This document shows, piece after piece, positions 33,701 through 43,832 of a stretch of DNA of 64,000 nt. The notes under the pieces are model-generated. The model made no database searches, was not told the DNA's origin, and saw nothing but the letters and a program-made list of their open reading frames with translations. Position numbers and translations under genes: made by a program. The stretch lies in contig OZ250169.1 of assembly GCA_965237955.1 (NCBI GenBank), positions 5,568,001 through 5,632,000 on the forward strand, given 5' to 3'. Numbering within the stretch: position 1 is the stretch's first letter; every line of letters starts with the position of its first letter. Source of the DNA: Candidatus Marinacidobacterales bacterium (GTDB lineage Bacteria; Acidobacteriota; Vicinamibacteria; Marinacidobacterales; SMYC01).

Positions 33701-34049
33701 TCCAATCCACCATTCGGTCCGTGATGCCGTGGTGCGTCAGCCGTTTCAAAGAGCCGCCCATGGCCGGTATGACGTAAATATCGGAATTACCATCATAGTT
33801 TCCGCTAAACGCTATCTGGGATCCGTCCGGTGAGAACCGGGGAAAGGATTCCTCTCCTTTTGGCGAGCTGAGGATATAAGCGAGCCCGCCCGCTTTATCG
33901 ACGACCCAGATATCCCCCGCATAAACAAAGCAGATATGGCTTTGGGAAACGTCGGGGTATCGGAGCATCCGCCCGTCCACCTGTCCGAAGAGCACGCTTG
34001 CACTGCAAGCCGTAGCGACCGTCATCAGGATCACCATGGATGTCCTCAT
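30795..34049 (-). CDS. Tricorn protease (S41, PD40 propellers plus PDZ)
   Basis: MLRYPD, FSPDG repeats, ELNSSH, IIDERFNSGG, WSGSGGD nucleophile, EGHGVDPD. Confidence 0.95.
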   Translation of the reverse strand: MRTSMVILMTVATACSASVLFGQVDGRMLRYPDVSQSHICFVYAGDIWVVDKAGGLAYILSSPKGEESFPRFSPDGSQIAFSGNYDGNSDIYVIPAMGGSLKRLTHHGITDRMVDWTPGGKSILYASRMTSGRRRFNQFFRTSAEGGLPQRLPVPYGEFGSLSPDGTTLAFVPISRDFRNWRRYRGGAAPDIWLFDLEELTATNMTDDPANDAHAMWHGRTVYFLSDRGPNQRYNIWAHNLDSKETRQVTRLEDFDIHFPAIGPSDMVFEAGGRLYLLDLENEEMRPVDIEVVTDQSTLKPRMVNAANLIQNAQISPKGKRALFEARGEIFSVPAEHGPIRNLTRSAGAAERNPAWSPDGKYVAYWSDRSGEYELAVFNAKDGSEARKLTSYGPGYRYQIHWSPDSKKLAFVDKSMAIFVYEFVENQTVQVDKGLWMYQPSLDNFKVGWSPDSRWLAYARGQDNRTHAVYLFDTNTGERHQVTSGYYDDRQPVFDPDGKYLYFLSGRTFRPSYSDLDNSFIYANSTNIMAVSLKPDILSPVAPRSDEDELEDEKDESEEKEAQPVEILIDGFEQRAVALPPQAGNYDTLEAAPGKILYRKRPLTGMGPEAKSALVFYDLEEREEKTVLGDIDGYRLSADRQKILAWKDRDFSIVDLQQDQNMEKKLRTAELEMALDPEAEWKQIFNEAWRLYRDFFYDEGMHGVDWETMRERYATLLRDVVTRWDLNYVIGELIAELNSSHTYRSGGDLEAPSTMGVGYLGVDWEVHEGFYRIQEIINGADWDSEVRSPLVLPGVNVKEGDYILAVNGIPLDISEDPWAAFQGLADKTIELTVNDRPTPEGARKVILRALPDETRLRHLAWIESNRKRVEEKTNGRVGYIYVRSTGRDGQAELVRQFVTQFHKEGLIIDERFNSGGQLPDRFIELLNRPALAFWAVRDGRDWQSPRVGHFGPKVMLINGWSGSGGDAFPDFFRRAGLGPLIGSRTHGGLIGTTGVPALIDGGVVSVPAFRMYDPEGEWFKEGHGVDPDIEVKEDPGLLARGTDPQLERAIDETVKLLAEKPPVRPSRPAYEDRRGKKKSANPEN

Positions 34050-34538
34050 GATTTTCTCCTCCTGCGAAAGCAAAAAAGTTCCACTCTGTACTCTAGAGCT
34101 CGGTTGCGCTCGTCAGAACGCGCATAGAATTACCACAAAAGATTGAGCATAGAAAAGAGGAGCCCAACGGCGGGGTTCGTCTCGTCGATTAGCTGGTTGG
34201 CGGTGTGAGCCGTAGCTCGGATTCTATCAACCGGTCCCCAAGTACCGTCGTTCCTAGAACTACTTGAGCAATCGCTGACTCGGTAGTACCTTCCCCATGA
34301 TGTATGGTCCTTTTCGGCCCCATGACGGGGGCGGGTTTGAGCTCAGGGAACCATGCATCTTTTTCTTTGACAGGAATCTTGAGACATCATCCGGCCGAGT
34401 CATTAACCTCGATTCTCTCACTGAAGCTCGCTATTTCGCCCGTATGTTCGTCATGGTTCGGAGTGGAGAAAGTTCAATCAAGTCGGAGTTATTCAAAAAG
34501 GCTCAGGCCATAACCGAAAATAAGACAGGGAGGATTCA

Positions 34539-37500
34539 ATGAAGGCGAATGTGCGAACACGGAGTGTTTTCTTAGGAGTTCTGCTTTCATCTTCCACATT
34601 TTTCGCAGCAAACGCGAGCGGAGAACAGGCCGCATCTCGGATGGACCGTGTCAAGCCGGCTGTTGATCCTGCTCTCTACCAGGCCATGGAGTACCGCTCG
34701 ATTGGTCCTTCCAGGGGAGGCCGTTCTCCGGCAGTAGCAGGCGTTCGCGGAAAACTCTTCACTTTTTATATGGGAACGTCTGGTGGTGGAGTCTGGAAGA
34801 CTACGGATGCTGGAGAAACATGGGTTAACATTTCAGATGGCTATTTCGATTGTTCATCCATTGGCTCGATCGCCGTGGCAAACTCTGATCCGAATGTTAT
34901 CTACGTTGGAACGGGTGAGCCGAACCTGCGCGGTGATGTGCAGACAGGAGTAGGAGTTTATAAGTCTGGGGATGCAGGGAAAACCTGGAAGCACATTGGC
35001 TTGGAGGACACGAGGCATATTGGCCGGATTCGCATTCATCCCCAAAAGCCTGACCTCGTCTATGTGGCTGCCTTAGGGCATGCGTTTGGTCCCAATGAAG
35101 AGAGGGGAGTCTATCGTTCCAAAGATGGTGGAGACACCTGGGAAAAGGTGCTTTACGTAAGCGATCGATCCGGAGCGGTTGACCTGGCTATGGATGTCAA
35201 CAACCCGCGCAATCTCTATGCCGGATTCTGGCAAGTCATCCGTAAGCCCTGGATACTGATCAGCGGTGGTGAGGAAAGCGGATTTCTCTATAAGAGCACG
35301 GACGGCGGTGATACCTGGTCAGAACTCAAAGACGGTCTTCCGAAAGGTGTCAAAGGGAGGATCGGTGTTGATGTTTCGCCCGTCAATTCAGAAAGGGTCT
35401 ATGTCAAAATAGAAGCCAAGGACGGCGGAGTGTATCGATCCGACAATGGAGGCAAAACGTTTGTTCATGTAAACAAAGAGTATAAAGTTCGAGATCGACC
35501 GTTCTACTACACACATATTTTTGCCGATCCGGTCGATGAAGACACGGTCTATGTACTGACCAGGAATTTCAGCAAGTCAGTGGATGGGGGAAAAACCTAT
35601 GGAACGATCGGGCTTCCGCATGGGGATGCCCATGACCTCTGGATCAACCCCGATCATCCGAATATCTGGATCAATGGGAATGACGGAGGAGCAACAATAT
35701 CGCTTAACAGTGGTGAAACCTGGTCCACCCAAATGAATCAGACGACGGCGGAGTTCTACCGTGTTACCACGGATAATCAATTCCTCTACCGGGTCTATGG
35801 CTGTCAACAGGATAACTCCTCGATTTCTGTCCCCAGCACAAAACCCGGCAGGCGATCACTTCCAGATATGTACTCAGTTGGAGGTGGGGAGCAGGGATAC
35901 GTTGCGGTAGATCCGAGAGACTCGAACATCGTCTATGCCACGGAGCACACAGGGATCATCACAAGATACGATCACCAAACCGGTCAAACCAGAGAGCTCA
36001 GGACCTACCCAGAGCTTCCGGAAGGGTTAGCGGCCGCGGAGCTGAAATACCGATTCCAGATGAACGCTCCCGTCCGCGTCTCACCTCATGATCCCAACGT
36101 GCTCTATCATGTTTCTCAGCACGTCCACAGATCAACCAACGAAGGCCAGAGCTGGGAGATCATCAGCCCTGACCTGACTCGAAACGACAAGAGCAAGCAG
36201 AAGCACACGGGCGGTCCGATTACTCTGGACCACACCGGTCCGGAAGTCTATGGCACTATCTTTGCCTTTGAGGAATCTCCGCGTGCGCCTGGGCTACTTT
36301 GGGCAGGCACAGACGATGGTCTTGTGCATTTTTCTCGTGACGGAGGCGCCAATTGGGAGAACGTCACCCCGGAGGGAATGCCTGAATGGGGAACGGTAAA
36401 CGCGATCGAGCCTTCTGCCCACGATCCAGGCCGGGCTTTTGTAGTGGTGCACAAGTACCGCGAAGACGATTTTACGCCTTACATTTTCAGAACCAATGAT
36501 TACGGCAAGAACTGGTCTCTAATAACGGCGAACAACGGTATTCCCTCCAACCACTTTGTCAGGGTTGTTCGTGAGGATCCTGACCGTAAAGGGCTCCTTT
36601 ATGCCGGCACTGAGTTCGGCATGCATATTTCCTTCGATGATGGAAACACTTGGCAGTCTTTTCAATTGAATCTGCCTGTCGTTCAGATCGCCGATATGGT
36701 GATCAAGGAGCAAGATCTCGTTGTTGCGACCCACGGCCGCTCATTCTGGATTCTTGATGATCTCACGCCACTTCATCAGATAACCGAGGAAGTAGCAAAG
36801 TCAGCGGCTTTTCTTTTTACGCCCAAGGATGCATACCGTGTAGAAGGGCGCGGCATGGAGGGAGCAAGAGTATTTTATTACCTGGCCAGTGAGCCAGAAG
36901 GAGAGGTCAAACTGGAATTCCTGGATTCCGACGACAACCTAATCCAAACGTTCTCGAGCGAAGACGAAACGGCCATAACGGCAACGGCTGGCACGAATCG
37001 TTTTGTTTGGGATTTGCGCTACCCAGGAGCCAACCTTGTGCCGGACACCAGTTTTTTCGATGGAAACGAGGGCCCGAGAGCGGTTCCTGGAACTTACAAG
37101 GTCAGGATCACCACGGGACAGTGGACACAGACCGAGTCTTTTGAGCTAAAAAAGGACCCGCGCCTTCCGACGACTCAAGAAGATTTTCAAAAACAGTTTG
37201 ATCTAGCCATCGAGATTCGAGACAAGCTGACGGAGCTCAACAACGCTATCAGGAGGATCCGATATGTGCGTCATCAGGTGGGGAACCTAGCAGGCACGTT
37301 GAAAGAGGCTGGGTATGGAAATGAGATCGCCCAGGCGTCCGATGAGCTGAGCGAGAAACTCACGTCGGTCGAACAGCAGCTGATACAAACAGAGTACGAG
37401 AAGGGTGCCGATATGATGATCAATGTTCCGCCCCAGTTGGATACTCGCTTCTCTTATGTCTTAGGAGTTGTCCTCGGTGCAGAGGCTCGGCCAACGGACG

Positions 37501-37649
37501 GTTCCTACGAGAGTTTTGAGGATCTTGAACGAAAACTCGCGGAGCATCTTGACAAACTCCAGGAGATTCTTGATGAAGACGTAGTCGCCTTCAATGAGAT
37601 CGTTCAGGCGGAGAATATTCCACCAATTATGATGCCGACAAAGAAATAG
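34539..37649 (+). CDS. VPS10/BNR-repeat secreted protein (glycosyl-hydrolase-like)
   Basis: RSIGPSRGGRS; many SxDGGxTW Asp-boxes; GCQQDN; ATHGRSFWILDD; helical C-terminus. Confidence 0.9.
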   Translation: MKANVRTRSVFLGVLLSSSTFFAANASGEQAASRMDRVKPAVDPALYQAMEYRSIGPSRGGRSPAVAGVRGKLFTFYMGTSGGGVWKTTDAGETWVNISDGYFDCSSIGSIAVANSDPNVIYVGTGEPNLRGDVQTGVGVYKSGDAGKTWKHIGLEDTRHIGRIRIHPQKPDLVYVAALGHAFGPNEERGVYRSKDGGDTWEKVLYVSDRSGAVDLAMDVNNPRNLYAGFWQVIRKPWILISGGEESGFLYKSTDGGDTWSELKDGLPKGVKGRIGVDVSPVNSERVYVKIEAKDGGVYRSDNGGKTFVHVNKEYKVRDRPFYYTHIFADPVDEDTVYVLTRNFSKSVDGGKTYGTIGLPHGDAHDLWINPDHPNIWINGNDGGATISLNSGETWSTQMNQTTAEFYRVTTDNQFLYRVYGCQQDNSSISVPSTKPGRRSLPDMYSVGGGEQGYVAVDPRDSNIVYATEHTGIITRYDHQTGQTRELRTYPELPEGLAAAELKYRFQMNAPVRVSPHDPNVLYHVSQHVHRSTNEGQSWEIISPDLTRNDKSKQKHTGGPITLDHTGPEVYGTIFAFEESPRAPGLLWAGTDDGLVHFSRDGGANWENVTPEGMPEWGTVNAIEPSAHDPGRAFVVVHKYREDDFTPYIFRTNDYGKNWSLITANNGIPSNHFVRVVREDPDRKGLLYAGTEFGMHISFDDGNTWQSFQLNLPVVQIADMVIKEQDLVVATHGRSFWILDDLTPLHQITEEVAKSAAFLFTPKDAYRVEGRGMEGARVFYYLASEPEGEVKLEFLDSDDNLIQTFSSEDETAITATAGTNRFVWDLRYPGANLVPDTSFFDGNEGPRAVPGTYKVRITTGQWTQTESFELKKDPRLPTTQEDFQKQFDLAIEIRDKLTELNNAIRRIRYVRHQVGNLAGTLKEAGYGNEIAQASDELSEKLTSVEQQLIQTEYEKGADMMINVPPQLDTRFSYVLGVVLGAEARPTDGSYESFEDLERKLAEHLDKLQEILDEDVVAFNEIVQAENIPPIMMPTKK

Positions 37650-37677
37650 CCCTATCCTGAACGATCGGTCGCCGCGC

Positions 37678-38883
37678 CTATAGCAGCTCGAACTTCTGGA
37701 GGCGCCGCTGCATATGCACTTCGCCGGTGTAGATGTTGCCTTTGGAGTCCACGGCGAATTTGTGCAGCCAGTGAAACTCACCAGCGCCGCGGCCTCGGCG
37801 GCCGAAGGAGTCGAGAACTTCCATGTCGCTTCGTCGCAGGACCCAGACCAGCTGGCTGTTCCCATCGGCGACATAGAGAAAGGTCTGCTCCTCATCTGTT
37901 GAAAAATCAATATCCCAGACGGTTCCGTTCGCGGACCCACGCCGGGTCTCTGGCATGATGAAATGCTCTTCCACGTAGGTGCCATCCTTCTGGAAGATCT
38001 GGATACGGCTGTTACCACGATCCGCTACATACACGAGTCCGTCCTTGGAGATTAGAATCGCGTGCACAGAATCGGTGTAGTGCTCTGTGACGGGAGCGTC
38101 CAGATCGTACCGGAGTATCGGGGCTTCGTCTGGCACTTTGCCGTAAGCGGCCCAATGCCGCTTGTACTCCGCGGTCTCCGCATCGAACACGATCACGCGC
38201 TTGTTCAAGTAGCCGTCGGCAACGAAGACCTCGTTCGTCTCGGGATCGACTGCGATGTCTGCCGGGTGTCCCAGGAACTCCGTGCTGTTGTTGCCACCGG
38301 TCCTGCCCGCCTTGCCGATCTGCATGAGGAACTTGCCGTCATTCGTGAATTTCAGCACGAAGTGATCGCGGCACCGCGGGTTGCCCTCCCCGTGTACTTT
38401 GTGGTCCAACAAGGTGACTGGGTCGCCGATGCCTTCGCCGCCGACCCAGACGTTGTCGTTGTGGTCGACGAAGATGCCGTGCTCGGTGCCGGGCCAATCG
38501 TAGCCCTCCCCCGGGCCACCCCAAGAGTCGAGAAGGTTGCCCTCCGCATCGAATACCAGGACCGGAGGAGCTGGCCTGCAGCACAGCGACATGGGCGGAT
38601 CTTGCATCAAGCCGAGCTCGCTCCGAGTCAGGCTTCCGGGCCGCTGAAGGGCAAAGATTCGGTCCTGCGAGTCGACCGCTACCCCGGCTATTCGCCCTAT
38701 GAGCCACTCGTCCGGCAGCGTCTTCGGCCAGAAAGGATCGACTTGGAACTGCGGGGTGCCGGTTCCATCGTTACTGGAAGTTGTTGCTTCCTCGGTCACC
38801 GATTTCGCCGGCTGGCTGCATCCGATTGCCGCCACGTATACGAGTACTGCTGCGGCTCGGTAAAACAATTGCGTGAGGTTCAT
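37678..38883 (-). CDS. NHL-repeat beta-propeller lipoprotein (PAL-like)
   Basis: AAIGC lipobox; FQVDPFWPK, HGIFVD, FVADGYLN, YVADRGNSRIQIF, AVDSKGNIYTGE. Confidence 0.88.
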   Translation of the reverse strand: MNLTQLFYRAAAVLVYVAAIGCSQPAKSVTEEATTSSNDGTGTPQFQVDPFWPKTLPDEWLIGRIAGVAVDSQDRIFALQRPGSLTRSELGLMQDPPMSLCCRPAPPVLVFDAEGNLLDSWGGPGEGYDWPGTEHGIFVDHNDNVWVGGEGIGDPVTLLDHKVHGEGNPRCRDHFVLKFTNDGKFLMQIGKAGRTGGNNSTEFLGHPADIAVDPETNEVFVADGYLNKRVIVFDAETAEYKRHWAAYGKVPDEAPILRYDLDAPVTEHYTDSVHAILISKDGLVYVADRGNSRIQIFQKDGTYVEEHFIMPETRRGSANGTVWDIDFSTDEEQTFLYVADGNSQLVWVLRRSDMEVLDSFGRRGRGAGEFHWLHKFAVDSKGNIYTGEVHMQRRLQKFELL

Positions 38884-39019
38884 ACAATAGGCTCCTAATT
38901 TGCGATCGACCTAGCGAACGCGGAGGGCATTTTATCCAGGTGCGAGGTGCGGCACAAGCGGGAAAAAGAGTGAGCTCGAAGCAGCCAAGAGCTCACAGCA
39001 TCAAGACTTCCGTAGTCCA

Positions 39020-39179
39020 AGGGCCCGCGCAAGAATAACTACCCATTTTTGGACGCCGATCCATCCCGTCTGGCTGCGTTGCTCGTTGGTCATATATCTA
39101 GATATTATTCACTTCTCGCGCCTTGCCATACGGGCGCCTCGACGCCCAAAAATGGGCATTTATTCTTGCGCGGGACCCT
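39020..39179. repeat. MITE-like/REP-like element with ~40-bp imperfect terminal inverted repeats
   Basis: Left AGGGCCCGCGCAAGAATAACTACCCATTTTTGGACGCCGA vs right reverse complement AGGGTCCCGCGCAAGAATAAATGCCCATTTTTGGGCGTCGA. Confidence 0.75.
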
Positions 39180-39237
39180 AAGACCTACCCCTCGGGCCTG
39201 ATCTCTCCGAAGCTCGGGACATCGAGGATAGACATCA

Positions 39238-40260
39238 TCAGGCCTCTTCGCCTGCCAGGTCGAGGTAGTGGTAGTAGTCCAAACCCTGCTTCTGCATCGC
39301 ACGGCGGTAGTTGATTGCGAGCGCATCGAACTTCAGGTGCAGCTCGTCGGACAAATCGAACGGAACCTGCTCGGGACGTTGTGACTCAACGACTCGCTTG
39401 TCCTGGTCAAAGATGACCTTCTCGAAATCCTGCAACATGCTGTCGGGCTGGTCGAAATCGTAGTTTCGGCCGATGATGCAGTAGCCCCTGCACCGTTTCT
39501 CGCCGATCGGTTGGGAGGCGAAGAAGTAGACCATCCCTTGTGTGCCACCCCATCCCAGCCGTAGCGCGATTGTATAAGGCAGGTGAAGCTCATAGCGGCA
39601 ATGTCGTTCCGGCTTTCCGACCTCTTCGTTGGCGAAGACGGGGAACTCAGTCGTGTTGGCCGCTTCGGCGCGGACCACCGCGTAGTGCAACACATGCCCG
39701 CGGGTCTCTACATCGTACTCGGGTACGAGCGGACGCTCCGGGTCGCCCAAGAGCCCCGGGTGGACCCAAGGGAAATGGCCGAAGTCGGTGAAATTCTCGA
39801 CCTGCCGGGAGGCGTCGCTCTGCCAGTCGAACGGGCCGGTGAGAACGACTTTCCACTCGTCGTCTTCCAACTCGGGCAACTCGGGCAACGGAAACATCGG
39901 GTCTCTGAGAGCAACCCAGATAAGCCCGTAGCGTTCCAAGGCCCGGTAGCAGGGAACCCGTGCCTTGGGCGGAATCCGGGCATCGGCTTGTTGCGGAATC
40001 TTGACGCATGCGCCCTCGGCGTCGTAGTGCCAGGCGTGGTACGCGCACACCAGACAGTCATCCTCGAGCGAGCCCAGGGAGAGAGCGGTGCCACGGTGGA
40101 TACATAGATCCTGCATCACATGGGGCACACCGTCTGCTGTCCGCCACACGACGATGGCTTCGTCCAACAGCGTCGACCCGTAAGGGGCGTCCTGAGGTAC
40201 TTCATGAGCGTACGCAACCGGATGCCAGCAGTGAAACAGTTTCTCGGAGAACTTGGACAT
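39238..40260 (-). CDS. Rieske non-heme iron oxygenase alpha subunit (VanA/Ndm-type demethylase-like)
   Basis: CIHRG...CAYHAW Rieske ligands; ENFTDFGHFPWVH; QDKRVVESQRP. Confidence 0.92.
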   Translation of the reverse strand: MSKFSEKLFHCWHPVAYAHEVPQDAPYGSTLLDEAIVVWRTADGVPHVMQDLCIHRGTALSLGSLEDDCLVCAYHAWHYDAEGACVKIPQQADARIPPKARVPCYRALERYGLIWVALRDPMFPLPELPELEDDEWKVVLTGPFDWQSDASRQVENFTDFGHFPWVHPGLLGDPERPLVPEYDVETRGHVLHYAVVRAEAANTTEFPVFANEEVGKPERHCRYELHLPYTIALRLGWGGTQGMVYFFASQPIGEKRCRGYCIIGRNYDFDQPDSMLQDFEKVIFDQDKRVVESQRPEQVPFDLSDELHLKFDALAINYRRAMQKQGLDYYHYLDLAGEEA

Positions 40261-40270
40261 CCTTCCCTAC

Positions 40271-41797
40271 CTAATGCTTGCGTTCAATCTTGAAGGTGAA
40301 AGCATGCTCGCAAGGTTTTTTGTCCGGTGTTTTGATTGTGAGGCCGTCTTCGGTCATTTTCCATTCCAGTTCTTCATCAACACCAAGCATCTTTATGGAT
40401 TTGATCTCTGATTCATATAATCCAAAATATTCGTCTTCCCCAGCCAGGTATTTGATTGTCACTTCATCGCTTGGCCAATCAAGACAGATCGCATATATGG
40501 TCTTGTCCTTAACGGTAAATCTGATGTCCTGAGCCGTAAACTGGACTTTCTTCCTGTTCTTCTGAAATTCGTCGTAGTCCCCCACCCATGAGCCTCTGGG
40601 CAGAGGCTCATGGGCAGGACCTTCTCCGTATTTTATCCAAGCCGTGGTACCGTAAATCGCTTCACCGTTTACCTTCAGCCACTCGCCTATCCCCAACAGA
40701 CGTTTCTTAGCTTCTTCAGGGATTGTTCCGTCAGGTTTGGGACCGACGTTGAGTAAAAGAAATCCATTCTTGCTGACTCTATCCACCAGATTATCCACCA
40801 AGGTATTTACCGATTTGAAGCTTGCGTCTTTGGTGTAGGACCATGCGGCTGGGTCATCTACAGAGGTATCCGTCATCCACATATGATGTGTCAGCTCAGG
40901 CATCATTCCTCCCGTGTCCTGGATACCCACGCCGGGAGGAAAATCATGGGTTTTGTACGTTACGACAACTTCCTTGCCGCGTTTTACGGATTCGTTGTAG
41001 TAATAGGCCAGAAAGTTCTTTTGATAATCGTCCCTTATTCCATCCAGACCAAAGTCAAACCATATAAAGTCTGGGTCATAGTTGTCGATAACTTCTACTA
41101 TCTTCCCGTACCATTCATCTAAGAACTCCTTGCTGGGCTTTTCTCCTTCCTCGTGTATCTGGCCGTATAGTCCTGAATAGCGTGGATCGGAAGCGTCAAG
41201 TCTCTCGTCCCATACCGGGAAGAAAGACCAGTTCAAGGCATGGTGGAATGCCGTTACAAACTTCATGTCGCGCTTTTTGATCGCTTTTTCTAACTCCCCG
41301 ACGACATCTCTTTTCGGTCCCATCTTCGCAGCATTCCATTCTGAGTACTCGGTATCCCACATTGCGAAGCCATCGTGATGCTCTGCGACTGGACCGGCGA
41401 ATTTTGCGCCCGACTTTTCGAAAAGCTCTGCCCATTCGTCAGCATCGAACTTCTCCGCCTTAAACATAGGTATGAATTCCTTGTACCCGAATTCCGAGAG
41501 AGGTCCGTACGTTTCTACATGGTGTTTATGCTGTTTGGAATCTTCACGCGTATAAACAGCATGGGAATACCATGTACCATCGGGCCCCATAGCAGGTACC
41601 GAATAGATTCCCCAATGTGTATAAATTCCAAACTTGCCGTCTTTTAGCCACTGCGGGACTGGATAGCGTTTTAGAGATCTCCAGGTAGGATTATAGGATT
41701 CCTCGGCCATGGGGTCATTTTTACAACTGGTAAGCAAGCCTGTTGTCATTATCACTGCAGTCAATGTCGCCGCCAATCCAATTGACTTTTTTAACAT
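40271..41797 (-). CDS. Alpha-L-fucosidase (GH29) lipoprotein
   Basis: LLTSC lipobox; KFGIYTHWGIYSVP, AEHHDGF, IWFD nucleophile, SKNGFLLLNVGP; AT-richer. Confidence 0.92.
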   Translation of the reverse strand: MLKKSIGLAATLTAVIMTTGLLTSCKNDPMAEESYNPTWRSLKRYPVPQWLKDGKFGIYTHWGIYSVPAMGPDGTWYSHAVYTREDSKQHKHHVETYGPLSEFGYKEFIPMFKAEKFDADEWAELFEKSGAKFAGPVAEHHDGFAMWDTEYSEWNAAKMGPKRDVVGELEKAIKKRDMKFVTAFHHALNWSFFPVWDERLDASDPRYSGLYGQIHEEGEKPSKEFLDEWYGKIVEVIDNYDPDFIWFDFGLDGIRDDYQKNFLAYYYNESVKRGKEVVVTYKTHDFPPGVGIQDTGGMMPELTHHMWMTDTSVDDPAAWSYTKDASFKSVNTLVDNLVDRVSKNGFLLLNVGPKPDGTIPEEAKKRLLGIGEWLKVNGEAIYGTTAWIKYGEGPAHEPLPRGSWVGDYDEFQKNRKKVQFTAQDIRFTVKDKTIYAICLDWPSDEVTIKYLAGEDEYFGLYESEIKSIKMLGVDEELEWKMTEDGLTIKTPDKKPCEHAFTFKIERKH

Positions 41798-42119
41798 TTC
41801 TTCCTCTTGTCCTCGTCTCGTTCCTGCGCGTTTCGATTCCTTCCTCCGGTTCGCTAAACCGCTTTTCGTTTTTCACTACGTGGAAGGATACCCCGCCTTG
41901 CTCAGCTAGGCGAACCACAACTTCTGGCTATATCTTATGCGGCTGCATCGTCCAGCCTATGACGCGACGCGAGCACAGCTCGAGGATGAACTTCCCTCGC
42001 TCGTCTAGAGCGGACGAGCTGGCGGGTCCCCACCGTCTTTCTTCTCTCGGACGCCGCCAGCTATGTGACGGGAACGCTTTACGCCTCCCTCAGAGCCCGA
42101 GCCTTGCTAGACTGAGACG

Positions 42120-43832
42120 ATGGTACCCCTGCGCCATGCACTTTTACTGACGGTGGGCCTCACATGGGCCATGCCCCTCGCGGGCGAGGAGCGGGGACAG
42201 CCCCTCTGTGGAACCTTTCCCGCCCGCGCGAGACTGGAAGAAGCGAAACACCGGTTCGCTCGGCAGAAGCGCGGTCCCGATGCTGAGCGCAGGCTTCTCG
42301 CGCCCCGTATCGAGACCATTGGTGAGCTCGTCGTGGTGACGGACCACGGGACCATTGTTTCTGAAGCCAACCCCTTCGACCTGCACGGACGGGGTGTCGT
42401 GTTCTCACCGGCCGGCAATCGGGGGTACATGTCTTTCGTCGGTGGGGTCCCTTTCGAGCCGTCGCTCGGAGATCGGGTGAGCATGGGGGACGACGCTTCC
42501 CGGAGCTTCGACCTCACGTTCCCGTTCCCGTTCTATGGGAAGGAGCACGACCGTCTGTTCTTGAACTCCGAGGGAAACTTGACGTTCGAGCGCCCGGACA
42601 GCGCGAGCTCCGCCAGGAGCCTGGAGCGGATGCTGAATGGTCCACCCCGCATTTCTCTGTTCTTCACCGATCTCGATCCGTCCGACGACGGCGAGGTGCG
42701 CGTGCTCGCCACGCCGGATCGCTTCGTCGTTACCTGGCAAAGCGTTCCAGAGTTCGGCGGCGACTCTCCCAGCACGTTTCAAGTGGAGCTCCATCCGAAC
42801 GGAACGGTAGCCATGCGCTATGCGTCACTCGTCGCGGGCGATTCGGGCATCGTGGGTTTGTCCCCCGGAGACAACCCCGAGGATGCGAACCTGGTCGATT
42901 TGAGCGAGTCCGCCACGGATACGCCGGGGGCCATCGCGGAGTCCTTCCGGCGTGGACGCACGATCGACAACGTGCAATTGGCGAGAACGTTCTACGGCAA
43001 GCTCACCGATCGCTACGACACGCTCGTCGTTTGGACGAACTTCGAGAGCGATCTCGACGGCGCATTCGCCTTTTCGATCACGACGAAGAACGACATCAGC
43101 GGGATCGGTGATCCACCTTTCGACGACTCTGCCATCTGGGGCAGTGATGGAGAGCTCGAAAGCTTCGTGTTCATGGGCAACGTCGCTCGCTACCCGAGCT
43201 CTCCCGAAGGTCGTGTGTTGGGGGCCGCGTCGGGGCCCACGACACTCGGGTTGCTGGCCCACGAGGTCGCACATCGTTGGCTCGCGCGAGCCCGCGTCAA
43301 CCTGACGGGGGTCCCGGGCGACGTGCTTCTCGGGCGCCAGGAGTCTCACTGGAGCTTTTTCTTCGACTCCGATGCGTCGTTTCTCGAAGGCAACGACATC
43401 GAGCAGGAAGTGGAGAACCGCTTTCGCACGGTCGCGACGGTATCGAGCTATTCCCACCTCGATCTCTACTTGATGGGCCTCGCGCCTTCGTCCGAAGTCG
43501 GTCCGTTTTTCGTGGTGCGGGATGCGAGCGGGTCGAGCCCGATGGGTCTCGAGATCGATAACGAGTCCTCACCCCGTACGAACGTCACGATTACGGGCAG
43601 CAGACAGGATGTGCTCATCGACGACGTCGTGCGAGCGCTTGGACCACGGAGCCCGGGTGTTGAAGATTCGCCGAAAACGTTTCGTCATGCGTGGGTGCTT
43701 CTTACGCGGCCGGCCGCGCCGCCGAGGACGGAGGAGGTCGCGAAGCTCGAGAACGCTCGGAACGCCTTCCTTCGATTCTTCGAGGTACAGACGCTCGGAC
43801 GGGGCCGCCTGTCGACGATGCTCGAGCCCTGA
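42120..43832 (+). CDS. Secreted NIDO-like domain plus HExxH zinc-metalloprotease-like protein
   Basis: Signal peptide; CGT motif; FPFPFYG...ISLFFTDLDP...FQVELH; HEVAHRW. Confidence 0.7.
   Translation: MVPLRHALLLTVGLTWAMPLAGEERGQPLCGTFPARARLEEAKHRFARQKRGPDAERRLLAPRIETIGELVVVTDHGTIVSEANPFDLHGRGVVFSPAGNRGYMSFVGGVPFEPSLGDRVSMGDDASRSFDLTFPFPFYGKEHDRLFLNSEGNLTFERPDSASSARSLERMLNGPPRISLFFTDLDPSDDGEVRVLATPDRFVVTWQSVPEFGGDSPSTFQVELHPNGTVAMRYASLVAGDSGIVGLSPGDNPEDANLVDLSESATDTPGAIAESFRRGRTIDNVQLARTFYGKLTDRYDTLVVWTNFESDLDGAFAFSITTKNDISGIGDPPFDDSAIWGSDGELESFVFMGNVARYPSSPEGRVLGAASGPTTLGLLAHEVAHRWLARARVNLTGVPGDVLLGRQESHWSFFFDSDASFLEGNDIEQEVENRFRTVATVSSYSHLDLYLMGLAPSSEVGPFFVVRDASGSSPMGLEIDNESSPRTNVTITGSRQDVLIDDVVRALGPRSPGVEDSPKTFRHAWVLLTRPAAPPRTEEVAKLENARNAFLRFFEVQTLGRGRLSTMLEP

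Noticed and set aside
34080-34538. Riboswitch or ncRNA between the tricorn and VPS10 genes
   Set aside because: No recognisable aptamer motif; consistent with a divergent promoter region.
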